The notes under the pieces were generated by a model. That model was given only the letters and a program-made list of their open reading frames with translations. It was not told the origin of the DNA and made no database searches. From an uncultured Candidatus Saccharibacteria bacterium (lineage in GTDB: Bacteria > Patescibacteriota > WWE3 > UBA101185 > UBA10185), in assembly GCA_964490125.1 (NCBI GenBank), contig CAZBAJ010000001.1, positions 152,243-216,242 of the forward strand: DNA of 64,000 nt. The letters are read 5' to 3'. The translations under genes and the position numbers were made by a program. This document shows positions 9,308 through 18,817 of the stretch, piece after piece. Position 1 is the stretch's first letter, and every line of letters begins with the position of its first letter.

Positions 9308-9876
9308 TAACTAAAGACATAATCGAAAAAGCTAAACAACTAGCGTACTCCGATTCCATTGAAAATGGCGTGCCGTCGATATTTCAAATCGACTATGCAG
9401 TAGAGGTGGCAGTTAGGCTATCCGGTTTGGTGGGAGCGGATGTAGGTATTGTACAGATTGGAACTTATTTAATGGACTGTACTTTAGGAACAGCCTATAA
9501 ACAGGGAAAATTAGCTGACCATGTGACTATGTCGCACAGTAAGGCAAGGGAATTTCTTAACGCCTTTAAAGGCATTACGGAATTGGAAAAAGTAAATATT
9601 TTGGACTGTGTCTTAGAGCATCACGGTGCCACAAATTTTTCCTCTCTGGAATCAGAAGTTGTGTGTAATGCAGATTGTTACAAATTTCTGTCGGTAAAGG
9701 GGGTAGTTGGTGGAATCATGCATATGCGTGACATGGAAGTAGAACAGTTAGTCCAGATCTTTAAAGCTAAAGCCGATGAAAAGTGGGGAGCGTTAAGCCT
9801 GGGTGTTTGTAAAGAAGAATTAAAAGACCAGTACGAAAGTGTAAAGAAATTTTTAGGATGTTATACAAGTAAATGA
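9304..9876 (+). CDS. Hypothetical protein (possible degenerate HD-like fold)
   Basis: The ORF overlaps the upstream stop. An LEHHGA motif is present but no clear HD dyad. Confidence 0.3.
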   Translation: MITKDIIEKAKQLAYSDSIENGVPSIFQIDYAVEVAVRLSGLVGADVGIVQIGTYLMDCTLGTAYKQGKLADHVTMSHSKAREFLNAFKGITELEKVNILDCVLEHHGATNFSSLESEVVCNADCYKFLSVKGVVGGIMHMRDMEVEQLVQIFKAKADEKWGALSLGVCKEELKDQYESVKKFLGCYTSK

Positions 9877-9931
9877 AATTTGAAGTTCTTAATGTAAAAG
9901 TACAAAGTTAAAAAAGCAAAGAAAGGGGAAC

Positions 9932-10663
9932 ATGAAAAACATTTTATTGACTGGAATATCAGGTGGGATTGGTCAGGAGATTGCAAAAAATTTAGTTTCA
10001 GATGGTTATTTTGTCCACGGAATCTATAACGACCGTGAAAAAGAAGCCAAACGAATCGAGCAAGAGTTAAAAAGCGTCAAGCTTTACAAAATCGACCTAA
10101 GTAAAAGAGATCAAGTGCTTGGTTTAGTGTCAACACTTAAGGATATTAAGCTGAACGGTTTGATAAATAACGCGGGGGTATTTTACGACGATCCCTTGAG
10201 TAATCAAGACTTAAGTGTTTGGGATAAAACCTTGGAAATTAATCTTACCACTCCAATGATTTTAGTGCGAGGCTTGGCGGATAACTTTGAGAAAGGCGCA
10301 AGCATTGTAAATATCTCCTCAATTTACGGCACGCGGGTTATGGCTAACGATAGTTTATCTTATACCGCATCTAAATCGGCTTTGGCATCATTAACCAGGG
10401 CTTTGTCGGTAAGTTTTGCTGGTCGACAAATTAGAGTAAACGGGGTAGCCCCCGGTCCTGTAAATACACCGATAAATAGTGCCATGACGGAAGAAGCTAA
10501 GAAGGAAATAATTAGCCAGACGCCTTTAAGAGAATATTGCTCACCTAAGTATATTGCCGATGTTGTAAGCTTTCTGATGTCGGAAAAAGCTTACTGGATA
10601 AATGGCGAAGTTATTGTAGCTGATGGTGGACAAACAAATTTTCACAGTTTTTTTAGTGTGTGA
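9932..10663 (+). CDS. Short-chain dehydrogenase/reductase (SDR) family oxidoreductase
   Basis: TGISGGIGQEIA, NNAG and YTASKSA (YxxxK) motifs are present. Confidence 0.8.
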   Translation: MKNILLTGISGGIGQEIAKNLVSDGYFVHGIYNDREKEAKRIEQELKSVKLYKIDLSKRDQVLGLVSTLKDIKLNGLINNAGVFYDDPLSNQDLSVWDKTLEINLTTPMILVRGLADNFEKGASIVNISSIYGTRVMANDSLSYTASKSALASLTRALSVSFAGRQIRVNGVAPGPVNTPINSAMTEEAKKEIISQTPLREYCSPKYIADVVSFLMSEKAYWINGEVIVADGGQTNFHSFFSV

Positions 10664-11898
10664 TTATGAAAATTGTTATTACAGGAGGACATCATAGTAG
10701 CGCGTTGCCAGTGATTAAAAAGTTGCGGGAAAAGTATCCGCAGGTGCAAATTTATTGGTTCGGGCATAAATTTTCCGCTCAAGGGGATAAAAATCCCACG
10801 CTGGAGTTTCACGAGATTACCGCGCTTGGGATTCCTTTTTACCACATTCATGCGGGAAAGTTTTACCGCACGCTTAATTTAAAACGGCTGGCAAAAATTC
10901 CTTACGGGTTTTTTCAGTGCATGGGTTTGCTACTTAAACTAAAGCCCGATGCTATTTTGTCCTTTGGTGGTTACCTTGCCGTTCCCACGGTTTTAGCAGG
11001 TGGACTTTGGGGGATTCCTTCCGTTACGCACGAGCAAACAGTTGTTGCAGGATGGGCAAATTTGCTGGTATCCAAAGTCGCTAAAAAAGTTTTGATTTCT
11101 TGGCAGGAATCGGCTAAATATTTTCCCAAGGAAAAAACTGTGTTTGTGGGTTTGCCCTTGCGTGAGGCGATTTTTGAACTTAAGTCCAACAGTTTTGTTT
11201 TTAACAACAATTTACCGGTTATTTACATTACAACGGGAAAAATCGGTTCCCATATTATTAATAAGGTGGTGGGTGAGTGTTTGAGCAACTTATTGAATTT
11301 TTGCAATATTATTCACCAGTGTGGGGATAATTCTGTGTTTAACGATTTTGATACATTAAGTAAAATTTTGACTGATGTGGAAAGGGGCAGGCGATTGACG
11401 AGCGATTCCGCAGTCCGCCTTGGCGGACGAGGACTTAGTGAGCAGACGCGTACCTCGACGCAAAGTTCAGGGGCGTACTATTTGCGGAAGTTCATAATGG
11501 AGGACGAAATCGGTGAAGCCTACCAAAAAGCTAATTTAGTAGTATCAAGATCGGGTGCACACACTACGGCGGAACTTCTTGCGCTAAAAAAGTCGTGCAT
11601 ATTAATTCCTATTCCGTGGGTTTCCCATAATGAACAATTTGAAAACGCAAAACTGTTGGTTGACGCGGGACTTGGACAAATTTTGCCGGAAAAAGATTTG
11701 TCACCCCAAAATCTAGTCGACAGTATTAAAATCGCGCTGGGAGGAGAGAATCATAAGATTATCATAAGCGGTCAAAGTAATCAGAGTAGTCGGACAATCG
11801 ATGTAAGTGAAACCTCTTCGATCAGAAATCAGACACATCATGCGGATCCCGCGGAATTAATTATTCAGGAATTAATGTCGATAATAAAAAAGCCCTAA
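10660..11898 (+). CDS. murG: Undecaprenyldiphospho-muramoylpentapeptide beta-N-acetylglucosaminyltransferase MurG, with an internal insertion and a C-terminal extension
   Basis: The N-terminal ITGGHHSSALPV and C-terminal SRSGAHTTAELLALKKSCILIP...NEQFENAKLL motifs match MurG. An extra ~45-aa low-complexity segment and a ~40-aa tail are present. Confidence 0.85.
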   Translation: MIMKIVITGGHHSSALPVIKKLREKYPQVQIYWFGHKFSAQGDKNPTLEFHEITALGIPFYHIHAGKFYRTLNLKRLAKIPYGFFQCMGLLLKLKPDAILSFGGYLAVPTVLAGGLWGIPSVTHEQTVVAGWANLLVSKVAKKVLISWQESAKYFPKEKTVFVGLPLREAIFELKSNSFVFNNNLPVIYITTGKIGSHIINKVVGECLSNLLNFCNIIHQCGDNSVFNDFDTLSKILTDVERGRRLTSDSAVRLGGRGLSEQTRTSTQSSGAYYLRKFIMEDEIGEAYQKANLVVSRSGAHTTAELLALKKSCILIPIPWVSHNEQFENAKLLVDAGLGQILPEKDLSPQNLVDSIKIALGGENHKIIISGQSNQSSRTIDVSETSSIRNQTHHADPAELIIQELMSIIKKP

Positions 11899-11902
11899 TC
11901 CA

Positions 11903-12814
11903 ATGAAAAGAAAATCTGCCTCCACTTTAATATATTTTACGGAACAAAATCGCAAAAAGAGTCTGGTTAAACGCCCAAAACATGTCAACAAAGAGAGAAG
12001 GGCAAAAACCTTGCGGGGAATTGCAATAATAATAGTATTAGCTTTTCTCGTAGGACTGGGAATTTGGGGGTATGTAAAATACCAACCTTTGGAAATTACC
12101 GGGGTTATGGTTAACGGCGCCCAAAGATTTGTGAACGCGCAGGATGTTAAAGCCGTTGCGGAGGAAAAAGCCCTTGGCAAAAATATATTACTTTTAAACA
12201 CGGGCGACTTGGAAAACACCATAGCCAACAATTTCCTAGCCTCAAAATCGGTAAAAATTAGTCGCCAGTTGCCAAAGTCGTTAAAAGTACAAATTACGGA
12301 GCGGGTGCCTATTGCCCTAATTAAGTCGCAGGAAAAAGCCGTAACCTCTGCAGAGTCAAATTTTTACTTTGTGGACGCGGACGGTTTTGTTTTAGGACTA
12401 GCGGATAAATCGGCTACTAATTTGCCAGTCATAAATTATCAAGGGCAAGTGGAGGTGGGAAAGTTTGTTCAGTCGTCCGCCGTTGCCTACTATTTTGACT
12501 TGATTAAAGCCCTGGATGAAGACGGCATTGCCGTGTCGACCGTAAGTTCCTACCCCAGGTACACCGAGTTTTTTACTAGGGACGACGCCAAAGTATTAGT
12601 TAGCAATGGGCAGTCTGCCAAGTCGCAAGTTAAGATTTTTGCCAAGATGTTGGGTGCGTTTAAATCAGAAGGAAAAAAAGTTAAGCAAATTGATTTGAGA
12701 TTTGATAAAGTAATAGTAGAATTTGCTAACGAACCAGAACAAGCTAAGGATGCAAATGAGATTGACGATGCTAGCAGTGTAAGTGGTACGCCAAATGCAG
12801 AAAAACTAGACTAA
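11903..12814 (+). CDS. ftsQ: Cell division protein FtsQ/DivIB
   Basis: A single TM helix followed by POTRA-like VMVNGAQRFVNAQDV. It lies between murG and ftsA. Confidence 0.75.
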   Translation: MKRKSASTLIYFTEQNRKKSLVKRPKHVNKERRAKTLRGIAIIIVLAFLVGLGIWGYVKYQPLEITGVMVNGAQRFVNAQDVKAVAEEKALGKNILLLNTGDLENTIANNFLASKSVKISRQLPKSLKVQITERVPIALIKSQEKAVTSAESNFYFVDADGFVLGLADKSATNLPVINYQGQVEVGKFVQSSAVAYYFDLIKALDEDGIAVSTVSSYPRYTEFFTRDDAKVLVSNGQSAKSQVKIFAKMLGAFKSEGKKVKQIDLRFDKVIVEFANEPEQAKDANEIDDASSVSGTPNAEKLD

Positions 12815-12815
12815 C

Positions 12816-14099
12816 ATGCCAAAAGAAAAATATCTTACCGCAATAGACGCAGGCTCAACTAAAGTTTTAACCATTGTGGCAACAGTTTCCGACAATAAAC
12901 TTTCTGTGGTGGGCGTTTCTAAACTGCCGTCCAAAGGCATTAACAAGGCAGTGGTGGTTAATATTGACGAGGCAGTAGAGGCGATTTCCCAAAGTATTGA
13001 TCGGGCGGAAAAAATGGCGGGCGTGTCAATTTCCCAGGCGTTTATTACGGTTTCCGGTGGACATATCGAGACGCTAAATTCCCGCGGAGTGGTTGCAGTG
13101 GTGCCTCACGAGAGTAGCGAGATTACCCCGGAGCATGTAGCGCGGGCAACAGAGGCGGCGCAGGCGGTAAGTTTGCCGTCGTCTAGGGAAATTATTCATG
13201 TTATTCCGCGCGACTTTATTGTGGACGGTCAGGACGGCATTAAAGATCCCGTTGGCATGAGTGGCGTGCGACTGGAAGTGGAAACAAACATTATTCATGG
13301 TTTGGCGTCGTCAGTCCGTAATTTAGAGAAGTGCGTTAAGGCGGTAGGCGTGGAGGTAGAAGGCTTGGTGTTTACGGGTATTGCGTCGGCAGAAAGTGCG
13401 CTTACGGAAACAGAAAAAGAGTTGGGGACGGTTTTGGTGGATATTGGGGGAGGCAGTACCAGCATTGTGATTTTTGTGGACGGAGCCCCCGCGTATTCGG
13501 CGGTGTTGCCAATTGGCGGTAAACATGTAACTAACGATTTGGCTATTGGTTTGCGGGCGGGTTTGGACATTGCAGAAAAAGTCAAAATTAAACTAAGTAA
13601 CGAAAAGTTGGACTACATGAGTCTGGCGCGCGACTTTGAAAGACCCAGTTCCAAGCAAATGCCTTTAGGTCCGGATGAGTTTGATGTTACTGGTTACGGA
13701 TTGGAAACTAACACGATTTCTAAACGCGTTTTATACGGCATTATTGATCCGCGGTTAGAAGAAATTTTTGAACTAGTTAGCGGTGAGATTAAAAAAGCTA
13801 ATCTTTCTGGCAAGTTGCCGGCGGGGTGCGTGTTAACGGGTGGTGGTTCTTTAACGGTAGGTGCGGAGCGGGTGGCAAAAAATGTCTTAAAAATGCCTGT
13901 AAGAATAGGTTTTCCCAAGGGAATTTCCGGTTTAATAGACGACATTCAGGGACCGGATTCATCGTCCTGTGTAGGTGCGCTTATTTATGCGTCAAAAATG
14001 TTAAAAACAAAAAGCCTCTTGAATTCTTCTGCGGGAACGAGTAAGATTGCGTCAGTATTTAAGAATTTGTTTGCAAAGATCAAAAGCTTTCTGCCCTAA
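12816..14099 (+). CDS. ftsA: Cell division protein FtsA
   Basis: An actin-fold N-terminus (LTAIDAGSTKV), VDIGGGSTSI and a C-terminal amphipathic tail are present. Confidence 0.9.
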   Translation: MPKEKYLTAIDAGSTKVLTIVATVSDNKLSVVGVSKLPSKGINKAVVVNIDEAVEAISQSIDRAEKMAGVSISQAFITVSGGHIETLNSRGVVAVVPHESSEITPEHVARATEAAQAVSLPSSREIIHVIPRDFIVDGQDGIKDPVGMSGVRLEVETNIIHGLASSVRNLEKCVKAVGVEVEGLVFTGIASAESALTETEKELGTVLVDIGGGSTSIVIFVDGAPAYSAVLPIGGKHVTNDLAIGLRAGLDIAEKVKIKLSNEKLDYMSLARDFERPSSKQMPLGPDEFDVTGYGLETNTISKRVLYGIIDPRLEEIFELVSGEIKKANLSGKLPAGCVLTGGGSLTVGAERVAKNVLKMPVRIGFPKGISGLIDDIQGPDSSSCVGALIYASKMLKTKSLLNSSAGTSKIASVFKNLFAKIKSFLP

Positions 14100-14111
14100 G
14101 CCTGTAATTTA

Positions 14112-15227
14112 ATGTTGGTAAAACCCGAAATAGAAAAGTTTGCAAAAATACGCGTGGTTGGTATTGGTGGTGCCGGTTGCAATGTTATTAACACCATGAT
14201 TGACTCTGGTCAAATTTCCGGTGTGGAATTTATTGCTGTTAACACGGATGCGCAGGCGCTTTCTGTTAGCAAAGCTATGGTAAAAATCCCTATTGGCCAG
14301 GATTTAACCCACGGTTTGGGTGCGGGTTCTAATCCGGAAATTGGTCGTAAAGCGGCAGAAGAGTCGCTTGACATTTTGCGGGGAAATTTAGAGGAGAGCG
14401 ACATGGTGTTTATTACCGCTGGTATGGGTGGAGGTACGGGTACAGGTGCGGCGCCAGTGATTGCCAGTCTAGCCAAGGAATTAGGGGCATTGACGGTGGG
14501 TGTAGTTACTAAACCGTTTGTCTTTGAGGGCGCACAAAGGATGTCCAACGCGGAGCGGGGTATTATAGAGCTTAAAAGTGAAGTTGACGCTTTAATTACC
14601 ATTCCCAATCAAAAACTATTGGATATTGCGGATGAAAAAATGAGCATTATTGAGGCGTTTAAAGTGTCAGACAGCATTTTGAATCAAGGCGTGCAGGGAA
14701 TTTCCGATTTGATTGTTATGCCGGGACTTATAAATGTGGACTTTGCGGATGTCCGGGCGATTATGAAGGACGCGGGGAGCGCTCTGATGGGCATTGGTAT
14801 TGGTACGGGTGCGGAGCGGGCGCAACAAGCGGCGCATTCGGCCATTTCCTCACCTTTGTTGGATGTTTCTATCGACGGGGCAACCGGCATTTTGTTTAAT
14901 GTTATTGGTGGACGGGATTTGACCATGCGAGAGGTTGACGAGGCAGCGCGGATTATCGGTCAATCTGCAAGTGCTGATGCCAATATAATTTTTGGGACGA
15001 CGATTGACGAGCGGATGGAAGACCAAATAAGGATTACCGTAATTGCCACAGGTTTTGACGACGCTACTAAAACACCTTACGGTATTCCAAGGGAAAAAAG
15101 ATCTAACTACACCATGGAATCAAAGGAGCAAAAGGCGGAAGTTGCTAAACAGCAGGAGATCGCACCCCAATCCGAGTCCGTTGATGACAACAAATACGAC
15201 ATCCCCGCCTTTTTACGCGGAAAATAA
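14112..15227 (+). CDS. ftsZ: Cell division GTPase FtsZ
   Basis: VVGIGGAGCNVIN, the tubulin signature GGGTGTGAAPV and a C-terminal DIPAFLR peptide are present. Confidence 0.95.
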   Translation: MLVKPEIEKFAKIRVVGIGGAGCNVINTMIDSGQISGVEFIAVNTDAQALSVSKAMVKIPIGQDLTHGLGAGSNPEIGRKAAEESLDILRGNLEESDMVFITAGMGGGTGTGAAPVIASLAKELGALTVGVVTKPFVFEGAQRMSNAERGIIELKSEVDALITIPNQKLLDIADEKMSIIEAFKVSDSILNQGVQGISDLIVMPGLINVDFADVRAIMKDAGSALMGIGIGTGAERAQQAAHSAISSPLLDVSIDGATGILFNVIGGRDLTMREVDEAARIIGQSASADANIIFGTTIDERMEDQIRITVIATGFDDATKTPYGIPREKRSNYTMESKEQKAEVAKQQEIAPQSESVDDNKYDIPAFLRGK

Positions 15228-15384
15228 GAAGCTAAATAAGTAGATCAGTGAGTTGCCACCGTTGTCCAGTTTGATTCTTGATACGCCGATAGCCCCGTTG
15301 TTACTGTATTCTCTAAAACCATTAGAAAATGCCTCAATAGAGCCGTATAACCGCCATTGATTTATCGATCACCTTATGTTAAAT

Positions 15385-15512
15385 TGGTCTGGAAATATCC
15401 TAAGGCGCCGAGGATCTAACTTAATTGCTAGATACCGATTTGAAATACCGCAAGGTGCCGAGGTTTTCCACTTTATGTGGGATTCCGATTTGAATTGCCT
15501 TAGGATGTTTTA
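15385..15512 (+). repeat. About 2.3 tandem copies of a ~50-nt unit (aaggYgccgaggWt ...ccgatttgaaWtRcc) in the convergent ftsZ / mazF-like intergenic region
   Basis: The direct repeats are visible by eye. No RBS-preceded ORF spans them. Confidence 0.6.
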
Positions 15513-15931
15513 GAAACCCCCGTTGTTAAAGCGGGGTTTTTCTTTATAAACAAGACAAGTTTATTCCTGATGTTGTCCGCATCCGTCTTTGAGACATTAA
15601 AATATTTTCTAGTTAATCTTTTTACGCTAATTAGCCTTAGTTGGGAGAGAATCGCGGATTCCTTTACACCGTTAGGAGCTGTAAAGTTATAATAAAAGTA
15701 GAGAGCTTTCTGTTTTGTTGTTAGAGGAACAGCCCAAAACATGTTTTGATTAAACTTCTTGATTAACAAAACAGGTCTTAAAAATTTTTGTCCACTTCCA
15801 CATTGCTCGTAGCCTATGTTCTTTCCTAAGCTACACATCCAAACCTCGTTTTCTTTTGGAAAAAACAGTCGTGGTAACTTTCTTGAGTCAATCGCGCGCT
15901 TGAGTATAATCCATCTGTCAAAATCGTCCAT
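15500..15931 (-). CDS. PemK/MazF-family endoribonuclease-like toxin with an N-terminal extension
   Basis: ENEVWMCSLGKNIGYEQCG...RPVLLIKKF...AVPLTTK matches the MazF/PemK core pattern (GxIxxVxxxxxxGxEQxGxRPxxVxS...xPxT). No antitoxin ORF of 60 aa or more lies upstream. Confidence 0.6.
   Translation of the reverse strand: MDDFDRWIILKRAIDSRKLPRLFFPKENEVWMCSLGKNIGYEQCGSGQKFLRPVLLIKKFNQNMFWAVPLTTKQKALYFYYNFTAPNGVKESAILSQLRLISVKRLTRKYFNVSKTDADNIRNKLVLFIKKNPALTTGVSKTS
15514..15545 (+). terminator. Rho-independent terminator hairpin (aaacccccg...cggggttttt) followed by a T-run
   Basis: A GC-rich stem followed by TTTTT. It overlaps the last codons of the minus-strand mazF-like gene. Confidence 0.6.
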
Positions 15932-16297
15932 AGGTTTTTACAACATAGCTTGAGTGATCTTTTTTGACAAGACAGTCCTCTCTAATCTGAATAGAATTTA
16001 TTGTCATGACTGGATAAACCGAATAATCTATTGTTACTTCTAGATTTCAAGAATTCCCCCAAGTTAAATAAGTGGCGATTAAAAATTAGTTCGAACACGA
16101 TTTTCTAGCTGTTGTATCAAGGTTTTTATTACAAACTAACAATCCGGATTGTTTGCAGTCGCCCGGCTAATTTGAGAGTATGTAAAAGTCGCATAAAAAC
16201 GACAAGTAAAAATTTAACGGACTTAAAAAGTCCAATAAGGGTTGTGGATTAACTACTTTCTCGGCAGTGCAAAGTCGTTAACCCATAAAGTCTGCCT

Positions 16298-18733
16298 ATG
16301 AAAAAAGCCAAAAACGCGCTGGTTAAAAACAGTGCAATAGATTTTTCTCCCAATTCATTAAAAATTTTAGAAAAAAGGTATCTGCTAAAGGACGAAAATG
16401 GCGTAGTGGCGGAAACTGTGGAGGGCATGTTTGAGAGAATTGCTAAAGTTGTTGCCTCGCCGGACGCTACCTATGGTTACCAAGAAAAGTCGCAAATCGA
16501 ATTCTATAATCTAATATCCAGCAAAAAGTTTTTTCCAAATTCACCCACTTTTACCGGTGCCGGAACGCCTTTAGGACAACTTGCAGCGTGTTTTGTTTTG
16601 CCGGTTGAGGACGATTTAGGCAAGCATCCGGACGGGATTTTTTCTACTTTGCGTAATGCGGCGTTAATTCAGCAAGTTGGTGGAGGTAACGGCTTTTCTT
16701 TTTCCGATTTGCGTCCCAAAGGCACTTTAGTTAAAAGCAGTATGGGCAAAGCAACAGGTCCAGTGGGTTTTTTGGCGGTGTACGACAAGGCTTTTGGCGA
16801 AGTCGCTCAAGGCGGGGTGCGTAGGGGGGCTAATATGGCGGTTTTACGAGTTGACCATCCGGATATACGGGATTTTATTAAATGTAAGTCCGACGAGGGG
16901 GAAATTAGCAATTTTAATATTTCCGTTGCCCTTACAGACGAATTTATGCAGGCGGTTAAGGACGACAGAAAGTACGACTTAATAGATCCGCATTCCAAAA
17001 AAGTTGTGGAATCTCCTCGCGCCCGCGAAATTTTTGAAATGATTGTGGAGTATTCCTTTAAGAACGGCGAGCCTGGCGTTTTGTTTATAGATGAAGCCAA
17101 CAGATATAATCCTGTTCCTAATTCGTACGATTTAAAAGCTACTAATCCGTGTGGGGAACAATGGTTAGGAAAATATGAAAACTGCTGTTTAGGCTCAATA
17201 AATTTGCTGGAGCATTTAGATAAAAACGGTCAGCTGGACTGGGACGACTTGGAGCAGACGATAATTTTGTCGACTAGATTTTTGGATAATGTAGTAACAG
17301 CAAATAAGTATGTGGATGCGGTACCACAGCTACGCCAAGCCGCAGAAAACTGCAGAAGAATCGGTTTGGGTTTTATGGGTTTGGCGGATGTTATGTACTC
17401 CATAGGAGTCCGTTACGGCTCGGAGGCGGGGTTGGATTTTGCAGGACAAGTTACGGAATTTATTAGATACCATTCCATGCTGGCGTCTGTCGACTTAGCA
17501 AAGGAGCGGGGGGCTTTTCCAGCCATTAAAGGTAGTATTTACGATCAGAAGAATATTAAATGGAAAGCGCCCAAACCCATAAAACCCTTCAAGCGGGATT
17601 TTGGTCGACCAGAACTAGACTGGAATAAAGTGCTTACCGGCGTTAAGAAGTATGGGATCAGAAACGCAGCCCAAACCACCGTTGCGCCCACCGGAACAAT
17701 TTCTACCGTTGCCGGTGTAGAAGGTTACGGTTGCGAGCCCGTTTTTGCTTTGGCATATTCCCGCAATGTATATCAGGCGGCTGGAGATGCAGAAAAACTT
17801 ACTCTAACCTACGTGAGTCCGCTATTCGACAAAGCCCTAGATAGTTTAAAGCTAAAAGAAGAATCAAAAGCCAAAATTGTGGAAAAAGTTATGGAGACAG
17901 GTTCGTGCCAGTCTATAGAGGAATTGCCGGAAAAACTGCGCGACACTTTTGTAGTTTCTGCTGATGTCCTGCCGGAAGAGCACATTAAAATGCAGTCGGC
18001 TATTCAGGCTTTTATTGACAATTCAATTTCTAAAACCTGCAATCTTCCGTCTGACGCAAAAAAAGACGATGTAGCCAAGGTTTACATGCTAGGTTGGGAG
18101 CTTAAATGCAAAGGTTTAACAGTGTATGTGGCAGGTTCCAGACAGGAAGTCGTGCTGGAAACTAAAGAGACAAAGTCTAAAAAGGACGGTAAGGGAGAGG
18201 CTACTTCCGTTGTGACAGAACCCGTTAAAAAAGAAGTTGAACGGGGTTACAGACTTTCTGGTACTACCTATAAATTGGATACGCCTCAAGGAAAAGCCTT
18301 TATAACAGTAAATAAAGACGAGACCGGCAATCCGCTTGAGGTTTTTGCTAATGTGGGTAAGGCCGGTAGCGATGTAGCCGCGCTTTCCGAGGCTTTAGGT
18401 AGGCTTATTTCCGGCTGGCTTCGCATTTCGGAAAACCCGTTGCGGACGGCTAAGGAAATTGTCATTCAGTTGTTAGGAATCGGTGGATCTAGGTCAGTGG
18501 GGTTTGGCAGTAAACGCGTAAGCTCCATTCCGGATGCCGTAGCCAAAGTTATTGCCGAGGAATGTGGCATTCATGTAAAAACTAACGGTGCAAATGTAGT
18601 AGAAAGTCCTACGGATAAAAAGGAAATTTCGGTGTTCTCGCATGTCAATATGTGTCCGGAATGTGGCAACTCCTCCTTTATTTACGAAGAAGGTTGCTCC
18701 AAGTGTTATGAGTGCGGTTACAGCGTCTGCTAG
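16298..18733 (+). CDS. nrdJ: Adenosylcobalamin-dependent (class II) ribonucleotide reductase NrdJ
   Basis: The class II active site NPCGEQWLGKYENCCLGSINL and a C-terminal Cys zinc cluster (CPECGN...CSKCYECG) are present. Confidence 0.9.
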   Translation: MKKAKNALVKNSAIDFSPNSLKILEKRYLLKDENGVVAETVEGMFERIAKVVASPDATYGYQEKSQIEFYNLISSKKFFPNSPTFTGAGTPLGQLAACFVLPVEDDLGKHPDGIFSTLRNAALIQQVGGGNGFSFSDLRPKGTLVKSSMGKATGPVGFLAVYDKAFGEVAQGGVRRGANMAVLRVDHPDIRDFIKCKSDEGEISNFNISVALTDEFMQAVKDDRKYDLIDPHSKKVVESPRAREIFEMIVEYSFKNGEPGVLFIDEANRYNPVPNSYDLKATNPCGEQWLGKYENCCLGSINLLEHLDKNGQLDWDDLEQTIILSTRFLDNVVTANKYVDAVPQLRQAAENCRRIGLGFMGLADVMYSIGVRYGSEAGLDFAGQVTEFIRYHSMLASVDLAKERGAFPAIKGSIYDQKNIKWKAPKPIKPFKRDFGRPELDWNKVLTGVKKYGIRNAAQTTVAPTGTISTVAGVEGYGCEPVFALAYSRNVYQAAGDAEKLTLTYVSPLFDKALDSLKLKEESKAKIVEKVMETGSCQSIEELPEKLRDTFVVSADVLPEEHIKMQSAIQAFIDNSISKTCNLPSDAKKDDVAKVYMLGWELKCKGLTVYVAGSRQEVVLETKETKSKKDGKGEATSVVTEPVKKEVERGYRLSGTTYKLDTPQGKAFITVNKDETGNPLEVFANVGKAGSDVAALSEALGRLISGWLRISENPLRTAKEIVIQLLGIGGSRSVGFGSKRVSSIPDAVAKVIAEECGIHVKTNGANVVESPTDKKEISVFSHVNMCPECGNSSFIYEEGCSKCYECGYSVC

Positions 18734-18817
18734 TTAATTTTATAGCAAATCATCGGTTTAATTGGTGTTGAGTTTTGGTGTCTATTTGACCGATGGTTGC
18801 AGATTCATTAAGTTATT

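Noticed and set aside
13295-14608. Antisense ORFs inside ftsA/ftsZ (for example 13295-13585, 14210-14608) and similar shadow ORFs inside nrdJ, gatB, clpE, polX and the ATPase
   Set aside because: They lie entirely within well-supported genes on the opposite strand or in another frame, have low-complexity composition and no RBS. These are typical shadow ORFs.
15376-15519. 47-codon ORF spanning the tandem repeats downstream of ftsZ
   Set aside because: There is no Shine-Dalgarno, and the amino-acid sequence merely mirrors the DNA repeats. It is more plausibly non-coding.
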